Source of the DNA: Klebsormidium nitens
Lineage: Eukaryota > Plantae > Klebsormidiophyceae
Assembly (NCBI GenBank): GCA_000708835.1
Contig: DF237481.1
Location: forward strand, 1-62,162
Length of the DNA: 62,162 bases
Direction: 5' to 3'
Numbering within the stretch: position 1 is the stretch's first letter; every line of letters begins with the position of its first letter. The notes under the pieces are model-generated. The model had not been told where the DNA came from and did not search any database. It saw nothing but the letters and a program-made list of their open reading frames with translations. Position numbers and translations under genes: made by a program. Positions 1 through 11,775 of the stretch are shown piece after piece.

Positions 1-761
1 CGTCACACTATGTGCCAGCTCGAGATCATCGGATGTCACTACAACGATCAGCTTAATTATACCTGGTTGTCACTGTGTGCCGCGTGGAAACAGCGCCATG
101 CGCATGCGATGTGCATCATGATTGGACCTGGATATCGGCACATGGCGGGTGTACAGCTTGCGCCCATGCCCGTCTTCTCAGTCAAATTGCTTTGCCGAGT
201 GGTTTAAGTATGCAGCGAGCTGAATATAGAACGTGTTGTGCGAGGACATAAGTCACTTTTGGCTTGTAAGTACGACGAAATCCGCTGTACTGCTTAGAGC
301 GCCAGGCCGGGCTTTCAATCTCAAACAATTTGCATATGCCATGGCTGGACCAACAGGATGACAACCGTCGAATCAAGGCAGACCAGTCGAGTGTAACAAA
401 GTTTTTTACTTACATTTAAAACATAGGACTTGGCACCACAATCGAATCCTCCCTAGATTATTGATAATGAGTACTCTTGAGTTATTCTAGTCCATCTCTG
501 CCCAGCTATTAGTAGACAGCTTACGCTGCATCGTTCTGCAATTCATACCACGTTTATAACATATATCGACCTTTGACCCTAGCCTGCAAGCGTCATAACG
601 CCCAAAAACTTACTCAGCTCAAGCAATGACGCTCGTTGAGGAGCTACTGCAGCCCCTGGGACCACGCCAACCTTCGCATGACCTCCGATTGCGAGACAAT
701 CCAACGCGCCTAGAGCGCTACCTATAGCGATCCATCACGAGCTCACTTCCGCCCACATCAC

Positions 762-3700
762 CTACGCCTTTGCTCGCATCGACCCTTGGCTCGCGGGCCT
801 CTTAACCGACGAGAGCACGGGGACCGTCTTTCCCGTGTACATCGGGGGCTCCTCTTTTAGGGGGCTCGTCGGCGTTTGCGACCCCGAGAAAAGGGCGTCC
901 CCCGTGGGGGTGAAAGAACCGTCGATGCTGCTGTGTATGGAGGACGGAGTTGCGGGCGTGGAGTCGGAGACAGGGCCCCGGGCGAAGGAGAGGTGCTCCC
1001 GCGCGGCAGCGTTTACGGCCAGGACGTGCTCTATCCGGTTCAGGATGTTGGACGCCAGGCTCTCGAGCACGCGCGAGTAGCTCTCCAGGATCGCCTGACC
1101 CACGTCCTGAGAACACAGGGCATACGCTTGCGTCACTCGAGAGTTTGTGAGAAGTTTTAGTGAAACAAAAGTCTTCAGGACGTTCCCGGCATGCTTGTGA
1201 AATACTCAAAAAAAGATCGAGCAAACGGACAATGAAGGGGCTGCTTGTCCTGCCATCCAAGGAGGACCAAACACCCTCGGTAAGGACACGTTGAACAGGC
1301 TGGATGCCGACTCTACGGAGAACTCCAAACCTCCGAATGCTGAGCAAAACACCTGGAGTCAGTATGGGCGTTAGCGCGGAGTCCGTTCGCATCACTGGGC
1401 ACTTGCACCGTTTTTTAAAAATCTGCAACTCTCCCACCCCGTGTTCGCACTCTCCTAAGCCTACCCGCACAAAAAGTGGTCTTCATCTGTACTTGACCAA
1501 ATTCGAACCTCACCATCGTTTTGCTTGCCGCCACTTTGCTAGACTCCAGCCGTGCGCCCAAATATCATCGATGCAGAAGCCATGGGCAAACCAGCTGCAA
1601 ATTTCCAAGTGGCAGGAAACCAAAGGCTTCGAAGCAGCAGAATTCACAGGACACGACTGCAGAATCCGACTTTTACAGTGTCGTTTCTGAGGCCAGTTCC
1701 TCACCTTGTTGTACTGGATCTTGTACACGTGCAGCGTGGTCTGCGAGAGGCCCGGGCAGCGCAGGCGCAGGTTCCAGAGCGCGTCCATGGCGCGGCTCGC
1801 GTGCTTCTCGCGCTTCTCCAGCATGGGCCCCATCACGTTGCTCAGCGCGTTCTTGAACCGGGTGGTGCCCTCGTGGCCCGGGGAGTAGCCGTTCCCGAAC
1901 TTGTCGCGGTCCTGCGCGCAAAGAAACACCGGTTAGTGTGCTTCTGGAACCGGAACCGGAACCGGTAGGCTTTTGAGTCGCTGTTTAAGTCGCTGCTTGG
2001 GGAAATTCTGCTCCACGGGATTATCACGGACTTAAACTACCGGCCGCTTCTCAGACCAACGTTTTGCCCGCTTTCCAGATATTGCCTGCTTCCTCTTTGT
2101 CACTAACGTCGGGTTGCAAGCCGGCAACACATCCCCGCCAGCTTGTTCGCTAACCCTTTCTAACAGCGGCCCATCCACATAAATAAACCCCTCGGCCGCC
2201 CCTGGCCTTTGATCGGGTGGGACCAATCTAATCCTTGAGTCCGCTTCCACCTACCGCTTGTCGACGCTGTCAGTCAGGATGTCGCTTCCGAAGCCTTCCG
2301 CTGACCGTAAGCTTTAGCATTCACTCTCAGCAATGCAACAAAATGCCAAACGAATCAAACCCAACTACGGGCCGCCCAGCTCTAGCATTCACTCTCGACA
2401 ATGCATCAAAACGCAAAACGACCCAAACCCAACTACCAGTCCAGGAGGGCGTTCTCACCTGGTCCCCGGCCTTCTTGCCCGTCTTCCTCCTCCAGATGTG
2501 AATGGCCGCCTCCAGGTCGTTGGCGCACTTGAGCGCCGAGTGCTCGTCCGACAGCTTCACCGTCGACAGTAGCATGTCCGGGCTGAACGAGTCGCCCGTC
2601 AGCAGCCGGTACCGACCGTCGCCGAGCGCCGCGCGGCTACTCTGTAAGGTAATGGAATTTAAAAATCAAAGACGGGCATATCAGAAGGAGCTGATTAAAA
2701 TGTGCGGGAAGGTGTTATTGCTGAAAACAATAAGGTTCATGCGGGAGCAGACGGGACCATGTAAGGCCTGAGGCTGCGCAGCGAGTCTGCAAGGCGTTTG
2801 GTTTTGCATTTAGTGGACGGCGGATGCCAATCTTCAAGAATGCATCGTGATAGAGAACGCGTATGACAAGAAACACCTGTCTTTTGAGGGGCCATTATCA
2901 GGAAGAGCCAACTGCGGCCTTCCGCTCTGAGACGGTGAAAGCATTTCAAAATAATCAAAGAGTAGAATGTCGAGAACCTTTATGGGCGGGTTTCCCAGAG
3001 AAATCGAGCAAGAGCGAAACTTTTGCTCGAAGCGAAGAGAGCTGTAGGCGCTTGAGAGATCGACAAAACCCGAGCATGCTCGAAAGCGGCGAAAGCTGTG
3101 GTCGCCAAGCGTCCCTGACTTCTTTGCAGCCTCCCTAAACCTCACAAACCCTGATCTTAACCCCAATAACCCAAACCTCACCTTGGACAGCGCCTCCACA
3201 CTACTCTGCTGCCCTCCCTAAACCTCACAAACCCTGATCTAACCCCAGTTACCCCAAACCTCACCTTGGGCAACGTTTCCCAGTATGCGTCCGGCACCGC
3301 CATCTCCGAGAGCACCTGCGCGTTGATCGCCATTGCCGCCTTCAGAATCTGTTTTGCGACGCCCTTCTGATTCCCCAGCTTGCGCATCGACCGTTCGTCC
3401 AAGCCCTGCAAGCGAGAGCTCCTCTGTGAGTGAAACGACGCTTGAAGAAGTCTGGACAACCGGAACGCCTTATAGAACACGGGTGGAGAAAATATTGATT
3501 ACCAAGGCTGTGGTCAATAGTCCCTTGCTGCAAGTATCCTTCGTGCATCTTGCATTGTGTCGAACATGCTGTCGTTCGCGTTGACCCCAACCAGCGACCC
3601 AAGCAACATTAGGCACCATCCTTCTCCGCTTCCTTTCCGAAACCTCTTCCTGAGATCAATGCAAAGAAATCCTATTCAAAAAGCTCGTTCATACAGGACC

Positions 3701-6700
3701 TTTGAAGAATCTCCAATCACCTGAGCGGGAACCATAGCCTCGGGGAGCCACCACCGGTCGCTTTGGTGGGGCGTCATGCCCCCCTGAAACTCCCCGGATG
3801 AGTGCCCTGGGTCGACATACCAGAAGCCCTTCTCGGCGAAGCTGTCGAGGCACTCGGTGAGCATGGTGTCCAGCTTACGGAGCGCGGGAAGCGACGCGTG
3901 CAGGTCGGCGCGTTGCCGGAGGACCATCACCTGACAGGTGGCAGGATGTTATCGGGTTAAATTTTGAAGAAGGGTTTAGTTTCGGGCGAATTTAGGTTCG
4001 ACAAAGAAATTCAGCTTCCCCAGATCGGGGAGCCACGTGTGCAGGGGTCCGCTGCCGCAGGACCATCACATGACACGTGGCAAGTTACTGACAGCTTCAG
4101 TTCTGGGGAGACTGAAAGTGTGACGACGAGAATTTTAGCTTGCGCTGTTCGGGAACGCACTCTGTCGAAGCCCCGTCATCTGAAACGCGGCAGGATCTCG
4201 TTGGGATAGGTTCTGGATATATGTAGGTTTGAAAGAAAAGCTTTCAGCTTGCGCAGCGCAGATACCGACGCGCGTGGGTTAGGCGCTGACAAAGAACCAG
4301 CAGCTGACACGTGGCAAGGAATAACGATGGCATCTGAATGAAACAAAGTGCCAGGTTTGAGCTCCAAAACGTTGCCAACTCTGAACTAGCACTGAAGAGA
4401 TACCTGAGTTGAACATTTGAGATGCAGCCTCCGCAACTTACAACAAAGATTCGTGGGCAGCGGCAAGCAGTGCCAGGACAACAACTTCCGTTCAACTCTC
4501 TCAAAAGACTGAGCGGAAAGATGTGAGCAGCAATGTCTGGTCGGAAGTCATCGTACGAGGCAGCGCAAGCAGGTCCAGATTTCTGCCAACACATCCTCTT
4601 CCATAGTCGCAGGGTATAGCAGTCAGCTCAACGAAACCTAAAAGCGAGCCGTGAAGTTGTGGAGATTTAGACCCTTTGGATTCAAGGAGTGTCTCCCCTC
4701 TTGACTGGAGCCGATTGCACTCTCACTCACGAATAGCTTCATCTTTGCATTTCGGTGCTCGAGACAGAGCAGCCTCTCAAAACCCCTGAGATACGTACAA
4801 GTTCCAAACACGCTACAATACCCAAAACGTAGAAGTGACCAGAGGACCCTCACCTCGTGGCTGGGCCCTTTCGCGTTCTTATTCATCGACGGCACCATCT
4901 CTACAATGTGGTCCGCCGGGCAAAGCAGCCACTCTAGTTCCCGCTTCCACTTGCGCTTGCGCTCGGGGGCGAGCGGCTCCAGTTTATGCAGCTCGCCGAA
5001 CACCGCCGCTGACAGGTTCGTGAGTGCGTTGGAGATGGCGAGCGCCGTAGAGACGCCCTTGCCCCCCCCCGACATGTCTTCGCCTAGGAGGAGCTTCGAG
5101 AAGCGCTCCTTCATTTGGTCTAGATCTGCGGACGGGGGAATCCAAACGTTAGGGTCCTGTCAATCAAATCTGTAGTGTCAGAGTGTTCAAGGAAGCGGCA
5201 TCCAATTGAGCGGATGGAAGGACGAGCGTGGACTCCGGTTTGTGGGGCGGAACCCCACATCGCTCGGTTATCGATGTATGAGCAACGGTAACGTCACAAC
5301 CACGATGTCATCAGGCGCTGATGCGAGCTCGGCTTTTTTGGCCAGGGTAGTGGTTGGCCTTTGCCAGGTCGCTAGCAACCCGGCAGATAATACGTCACCG
5401 AGCGGTGACATTACTAGACACCCTCTCGCTCGCGACCGAGGTACCACGCGGGTTTTGAGGTCCGGCACTGCAAACTGCAATCCGCTTCTCCTTCCACCCG
5501 TTTTGACACCAGTGTTACTTTGAAGGTTCCATCAGACTGAGATGCCCTGCCATCTTGACCGTTCTCTCCCTCTGGCGTTGCAAAAGTTCTTCAGGCATGA
5601 TGACTCCCCGCTCCTCCTTAAGCAGGGAGCACCATGCAACGCTCGTCTTTCTGAACCATGTCCTAAGTTGCCTCTGTGACGAGCTTTCATTGCCCGCTTC
5701 CGCAAGACTTTGATTTGTATTTTTCTGCTTTCAACTTCCCAATCCGGAGGAGATTTCTAAGAGTGCTTCTGCTCAAGAGAGCATCTCTCCCGAACAGGTA
5801 GAGAAGAACTACGCATGATTGAATGAACAAAAGGCAACAGTGAAAAGATGCTCCTCTTCTGTTCACCTGTCCCTGCCAGCGCTAAGCGGGACACAAAAAC
5901 TGGTAGCGCAAAAGAACCAGAAAAGACAAGCATGATGCTCAGGAAGTGTACTGAGCTCACCCGCCTTCCAATTTTCTGGCACGCCAAATCGAGCAGTCCG
6001 ACATACCCACCTGAGATCTCTGCCTCCATTTGCCTCTGGCGTGCCTCATACGCAAAGTCATACACCAGATGGTTCTCCAAAGACGCCAGCTGGCGATCGC
6101 TGGTGGCCTCAGTCCCCTCCTCGTCGTCGTGCTGCGGGCTGTTGACAAAGTAACGACTGGAGGAGTCGCCGTTGGATTCGTCTTCCAGCAGGTTGGCCGG
6201 CCTGTTTTTGCCAAAGAAGCAGGTTCATGTCAGCGATCGTTAATATGGCATGTTTGTGCAACTTATTGGTGAGCAATTAGTGCTCATCAAACAAAAAGCC
6301 GCGCACGAGGAAGTCCAGCATTGTCACAAGATCTGCGGACCTTGCTAGGCAAACCCACCCGCATGAGCTCCTACCCAGACCCTTTTCTCCTGAACAGCGA
6401 CCAAGAGACCTCCCGGCACGCCGGAAACGTGCAGGCTCTATGACCAGAGTTACTTGCAGACTTATGACCACGTTCGTCCTTTGCCTCATTCACTTTTGCC
6501 TCCCTCCCCCATTGCACTCGGCTTGTGTCAAAAAGACACACATGATCAAAGCCAGCCCACTTACTCTGGATCCACGGGGCCCTCCCTTTGCCTTTCATGG
6601 TCCACCGGAGCCTCCGCTGCCCCTGCCCCTGGTAATCTCACATCTGACTCAGAAACACTTCCCGCCATAGCCGCACTTTCCGCCTGTCCCTCCCCCCCCC

Positions 6701-8174
6701 TGCTCTCAAGGCCTTCCACCCCCCTCGCTTCCTCCAAATGCTTCTTCCCATCCTCCCCCTGCCCCCCTCCCTGAGAGTCGTTTCTAACAGAGGGGGTCGC
6801 AGGCTCTGAAGCGGGGGTCCGCACGGCAGGCAAATCGCCCCCCCCAGTGGGGGTGGTCGGCAACGATGCCAGGCGCTTGTGCTCTGCCCGCAGGAGCGCA
6901 AAGTCCAAAGCTTTGTCAGGGTTTCCAACATGGGGGGATCCCCCTTCCGTCAAGCTCTGTTCGTTGTCAGCCTGGGGAGCGATCTCGGACCCCCCCAGAT
7001 GTTTCCGCACCAGGTCGGTCCGCTCCGCCAGCTCTATGATATCCCGGATCTGCACCCCAAACGAGCTGAGGATTTGCGCTTGGGGGGACTGCGGCCCCCA
7101 CGGGAGCCTGCCCTTTGGTCCCCCTGAAACATCGACATCCGAAGTGCTTGCCTCAAGCTCTGGGTGCGTGTCATGGAAGTCCTCCGTCTGGTCCCCCGCC
7201 CGCGACGGGCCATCCCCGTCTGACACCATCTTGCGCCGGAACTGATTGCTCGGACTGGCCGCCTCTCCACCAGTGTCAAACTCCCGCAATACAACGGCCT
7301 CCGGAACAGTCCCCCGCATGTGCTGCGCCGCGGAGGTTTGCATCGAACGAGCGCTCTCGCTTTGGGGGGATGATGGTACCACAGCCGGCAAGCCCGCCTG
7401 CACCCCCCTGTCCACTAAGAAAGTCGCTGGACCGTTCACGCTGTCGTTGCTCGCAACTGAACCCCCCGAAACTGTCCTAACCGCGCTCCAAGCGGAGGAG
7501 ACACCGGTCGCCTGCCTTTCCGGGGTGGAGCAAGGGCGGTAGGAGAATTGTCCGCGTGCAAAAGCTTCCCGCCACTTAGTAACTGGGTCAGGCGCACCCC
7601 CTGAGCGGGTCCGCCTGTCAGGGGGCGGAGACCAGGAACTAGAGCGAGAAAGGTTTGGAAGGGGGAGGGAGGAAGTAGTCCTCTCGATGGGGGCGGTGTG
7701 GGGCTTGAATGCAAAGGGGGGGTCTACCAGCTCGTCGGGGGGGAGGATGGGATTGTAATAGGCGCGATTTGGGCCCCGCTTGGGTGGGCGCCGCGAGGGC
7801 CCGAAGAAGAAGTCACGGCTGGGAAGGAGGGACGACTCTCCCGGGAGAGAAGTGCTGATGCGTTGGTCAGCCGTTTTTGGCAAGCCAGAAGTCGAGCGGT
7901 CCTGCGAGGGCGGACTGGAAGCTTAGCGACAGAACATTTGGGCGGTGTCTCTCTACACAATATTCTCAAAGATTGTATTCAACAGAGACATTTGAAGATC
8001 GTGCTTTGAGACCGAGCTGTTGCAATGGCATGCTGCACACGATAGCCCAGTCTATATCGTGAGCGCTTGACAATCTGCCGGTAACTACCAAACACGGAAC
8101 CAAGAGGACTCAGAGAGGTAAACTGACGGTTTATACGAACATGCTTCCGCACTGCGTCACTCTCTTACCCCCAT
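762..8174 (-). CDS. ROPGEF: PRONE-domain Rop guanine nucleotide exchange factor with a long low-complexity N-terminus; 9 coding exons, ~963 aa
   Basis: Exons 8169-8174, 6565-7901, 6011-6201, 4854-5125, 3721-3930, 3265-3405, 2459-2641, 1705-1911, 762-1106; all GT..AG and phase-consistent (2892 nt). PRONE motifs [62 protein letters not shown]|[18 protein letters not shown]. The 6-nt first exon (ATG GGG|gtaaga) is the least certain part. Confidence 0.92.
3130..3269. repeat. Tandem duplication (~83-bp period) of a RopGEF exon 3' end plus donor site
   Basis: cctccctaaacctcacaaaccctgatct..aacccc..a.ccaaacctcaccttgg occurs at 3130-3186 and 3212-3269; copy reads (V)EALSK|gtgag versus the real WETLPK|gtgag. 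Confidence 0.85.
4012..4319. repeat. Two degenerate intronic copies of the RopGEF acceptor plus exon 5' end (original 3871-3945)
   Basis: 4012-4083 (..gtgcagg..ctgccgcaggaccatcacatgacacgtggcaag) and 4245-4319 (cagcttgcgcagcgc..gacgcg..ctgacacgtggcaagg) align to cagcttacggagcgcgggaagcgacgcgtgcagg..ggaccatcacctgacaggtggcagg. Confidence 0.75.
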
Positions 8175-8249
8175 CCAGGAGATCTCTCAAGAAAACTAGA
8201 CCAGAGAGGGGCTGGAGAAAAGACGACGGAGGCTGCCTAGGCCTATCAA

Positions 8250-8258
8250 AAACCCTAA
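8250..8258 (+). promoter_or_regulatory. Telo-box (AAACCCTAA) near the inferred RopGEF 5' end
   Basis: Exact AAACCCTAA ~80 bp upstream of the inferred ATG at 8174. The motif is short and function is not shown. Confidence 0.3.
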
Positions 8259-8319
8259 ACCTCAAAATGACGGACTGCAGTTGCGATTGAAGGTGGCGCG
8301 CCCAGATAGAAGAGACAAC

Positions 8320-10740
8320 ATGGAGGAGGTCGATCAAGAGAAAAGGACATACCAACACTCAAACAACTTCCTTAGTGATTATGACAACAGGTGGCAATTC
8401 AAAACTGAATGTAGGACGGCTGCGTCATTGATACATAATGCAGGGTTTGGAGAAACTCCTTCAGCTCAGAGGTCTTTGCCTCCGTCCAATAACGGGGACC
8501 GGAAACGAGGTCAAGCAAGAGTTTTTGTCCCATCATGGGCAGCAGATCAAGACAAATGCCACCGCCGAGCTACCATACTTCCACCTCAATGTGTTGGCTG
8601 GAGGGGCAAACAGAAAAACACTCTCGCGAAATGGGCTCTACGCAGCTCAGGAGGATTGTTCTTCAGTAGACCTAATATTTCCTGAATTCAAAACGCTGTA
8701 CAACTTAGATAAGATAACCTCACGAGTTCCCAAATCAATAACAAAGAAGACCTTAAGTACATGCTTTCCTTGCTTCTTAGTCTCATACTTTGTTTTGATA
8801 AGAGCTTTTAATTGACACAAATCCATAACCCAGACTTTGTTAGGCAAAGCCCTTTTGGGCCAACTCAAAGATACTCGCCCGTCTTCCCCACCAAAACCCT
8901 AACCAGCTTCATGTACTCAACTTGGGAACACACTTCCACAAGCGGGAAGCTAGAGATAAAACAGGAACCTGCCGATGCATATGGCTCATCAGAGGCTTGC
9001 GAAGTGACGCCTTTCCACTTGCTCTTGCTTGAACCCAACAAGAGTGCATTCTGAACGCAAGATCTCAAAAGTCCATCCAATCATCAACCTGTTTTGGGAT
9101 CTGGCATAACCTGCCGCGCTGAATCCAGAATTGTGGGAGCACTGGTAATCCCAAGGCCGCAAGGGTTGAAAGCCAGTGCAAAACGCCACTCCTCAACTTC
9201 ATGCATGACGGCAAGTCCAGTCCATTTCGGGTTTGCTTGCTGAGGTTAGAACCCCCCCAAAGCAGTCAGTTTCAAAAGTGACAGCTGCCACGGAGAGGCT
9301 ACTGAGAAACCCTCCAGAGTCCGAATTCCTGCTCTAAGCTTGACATTTAGGTCCAGAAAACTTCAGAATAAAGCGTCGTGCAGTCTGAACTTCAGTACGG
9401 TCTCATGTTTTAGAACTGTAGCCCCTGGAGGCAAGTCCAAACTGAACACCTCACAGGGTCCTTTTGTTGAATTGGATGTATGCCGAGGGCAAATTACCAA
9501 CAAGAATGGAGTCTCCCTTGCTGTGCTGCCTTCGGGACTCCGCCTGTTGTCTGACCCTCCCGAATGGACCTGTCACAAACTGTCCAATGTCAGCCCTTGG
9601 TTGGAGATGGAAGGGCTGTGTTTGTACAGCCTTGCCATCGGCGTACTTTGGCTGGTAAAAATATGGACAAGGACGATAACTGAATGTCAGGAAAAGCCTC
9701 TCGATGACAGTACCCCTACAGCGGATCTCAGACCTCGTCGCAGCTGCATCAGTGAAGACTCCAAAAGAGTACTGTGCTACTTTGTCTGGAACGATTGAAG
9801 CTGCATCTGATCCCTGGGGCCTGGGTAACCAGAGTCTAACCCCAGCATTTTGCTGCTTAACACACCAGTGTCAAAGGCCTGTCCCAAACCTCTTGCTGCC
9901 ATCAGAGTTCGACTGCTCCATTATTGTGGTCTTCATGATGCTCACTGAACGAGCTGCTATGCGATCTTTAAGCCAGCATCCAAGATTTCTTTTTAAACCA
10001 ATGAGAACTTCATGCCGGCAGAAGGTGTGCAAGCCTTTTGCGGAGGGTGCCTTGGAAAAAACTGGGGTTGGGCCAGCAGGAAAGAGCATGCAGCAGGAGC
10101 ACCTCTTCTAGGCAAGGGGAAGGGGGATGATGTGATTGATGTAATGCGAAAGGGTAAACAATTACACGAGAGGCTTACGCATCTAAGGCCTGTGAAGCCA
10201 AAAGCTTTGGACATTCTGACACCTCCGCAAGCCACAAAGAAGGAAAAACTCAGCATGGCACCGCGCCGGGCAAGGTAAGCATCTGGGGGATAGCTTATGA
10301 ACCACAAATGAGCACCTTAGGCAACTTCAAAACCCAAATAATAGGCTAGTAAGACTCCGCATCATACTTCAAGAATAATCGAGACGCCACAAACCGCGCC
10401 AGGTTGAGCACAGAACAATGAGTTGACTCAGCTTAATTGCATCTGATCTGATGAGAGAACTTCATAATCATCCTTGCCAAATACCTAGGGTACAACACCC
10501 CACTCATGCAAAGCAGAACGGCAGCTACAATGCTGAGCTGAAAGCGCTGGGTGCCATTCCAATCGAGGATTTGCCTTCATCTCACCTTGTCTCTCTTATG
10601 AGCTACTGACACGCGTGCAGTCTGCTCTGATATCCCTTGATACATTCTCTGGCCCCGTATTCGCTAGACCAAACCGGCCTCCTGACCAGACCATTGTCAA
10701 GTGCGATGTCTCTGAACAAGATGCTCGAGCCTCTCTTTAA
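8320..10740. other. Unidentified coding-like, probably spliced region; strand unresolved
   Basis: Plus: ORFs 8438-8815, 9340-9798, 10012-10278 with a donor aag|gtaagc at 10275, and an open ~73-codon frame ending TAA near 10740. Minus: open frames (QANPKWTGLAVMHEVEEWRFALAF.., ALIKTKYETKKQGKHVLKVFFVIDLG) separated by plausible 60-70 nt GT..AG introns. No family recognised. Confidence 0.3.
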
Positions 10741-11066
10741 ACAAAAGCTACTCCCTGAAACACAACCGCGTGCCTATACAAAAACTTCTGATAAGGTTTC
10801 AAACACAATTGCCAGCACCATTGAAAGCAAAGCATTTGTCCTCCACCTTCTTCACGTTCTGAAGGACGCCTCGCTTCTCTGGGCTTTGTTCAAAATTTTA
10901 ATCGATTCGCAGAAAGCTAGCCAGCCTAGCTTACCTAGCTTAGGTAATATCCTATAGGTAGAGCTGAATGATGAACTGTGTAGAGAGAGGCCGGTAGGAC
11001 CCAGTCCCAACTTGGCAAGCGCAGTGGCACGTGCACTTTTATGCAACTCTGCCCAGTGGTTTGTGA

Positions 11067-11559
11067 CGTAGGTATTTTTGGTACCGTATACGGTACCCCT
11101 TTGTACCTAACATTAAAGTCAAGGTATATCAGGACAATATTTCCTGGGCTATAGAACCAGAGCCTAGCTTCAGGTTGAGCTTTATAATAATAGGCTCTCA
11201 ACCTTTCTGACGTGGACCAGATGTTACTTCCTCTAACCCGTGATTACGAAAAAACCATTGCTACCTATCTCCACTCACTTATACATTACTATATCCTCGG
11301 GAGTCGGAAGCCTGTATATTACGCTATACCAATTTGTAGATCTCAACTTGTTTCAACTTCCCTCTACCCGTTGCAGGCAGGTAGGTACCGAAATATTACT
11401 ACGGTAGGTTCCTACCATACGGTACCGGATACCGACCGTACCGTATGGTCCAACTTGTCAACCGTATGCGGTACCTGGTAGGTATGTACCGTATTGTCTC
11501 ACTGTTCACACAAGTGCACAGTGCACAACACTGCACATGTCCATAAAGGTACCGTGTAC
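11067..11559. repeat. GTAC/GGTACC-rich palindrome and hairpin cluster
   Basis: Perfect 18-bp palindrome ggtaccgtatacggtacc (11080-11097); hairpins ggtagg-tt-cctacc (11403-11416) and ccatacggtac..gtaccgtatgg (11415-11448). Confidence 0.6.
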
Positions 11560-11775
11560 CAGCGTTCGACACGGAGTTTTTATTCTGTCGGCTGAGAGCC
11601 GACACTTCTCCGGTCAGTCGGCTGTACCTCTGAACCGGTCGGCTTATGTCAGCCAAACACCTAAAATATACCTCGATTCTGTCGGCTTTTCGGCCGACGC
11701 CCCTCGGTTGAGTCGGCCGGGTGGCAATTCCGTCGGCTGACGTTTGCCTGGTGTGTCGGCTCGTGTCGAACACTG
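11560..11775. mobile_element. MITE-like element, 216 bp, hAT-like ends
   Basis: 14-bp TIRs CAGCGTTCGACACG / CGTGTCGAACACTG (1 mismatch); interior carries about 7 GTCGGC motifs plus reverse-complement GCCGAC copies. No clear target-site duplication. Confidence 0.6.

Noticed and set aside
802-1470. 222-aa minus-strand ORF overlapping the RopGEF last exon
   Set aside because: Alternative frame of a GC-rich exon running into the intron; the PRONE homology is in the 762-1106 frame.
3130-3260. ccctaaa telomere-like motifs
   Set aside because: Only isolated single motifs within the local duplication, not a tandem telomeric tract.
8400-10900. Degenerate retroelement reverse transcriptase
   Set aside because: No YxDD, integrase or RNase H motifs were seen in any frame, and there are no LTRs or poly-A tail.
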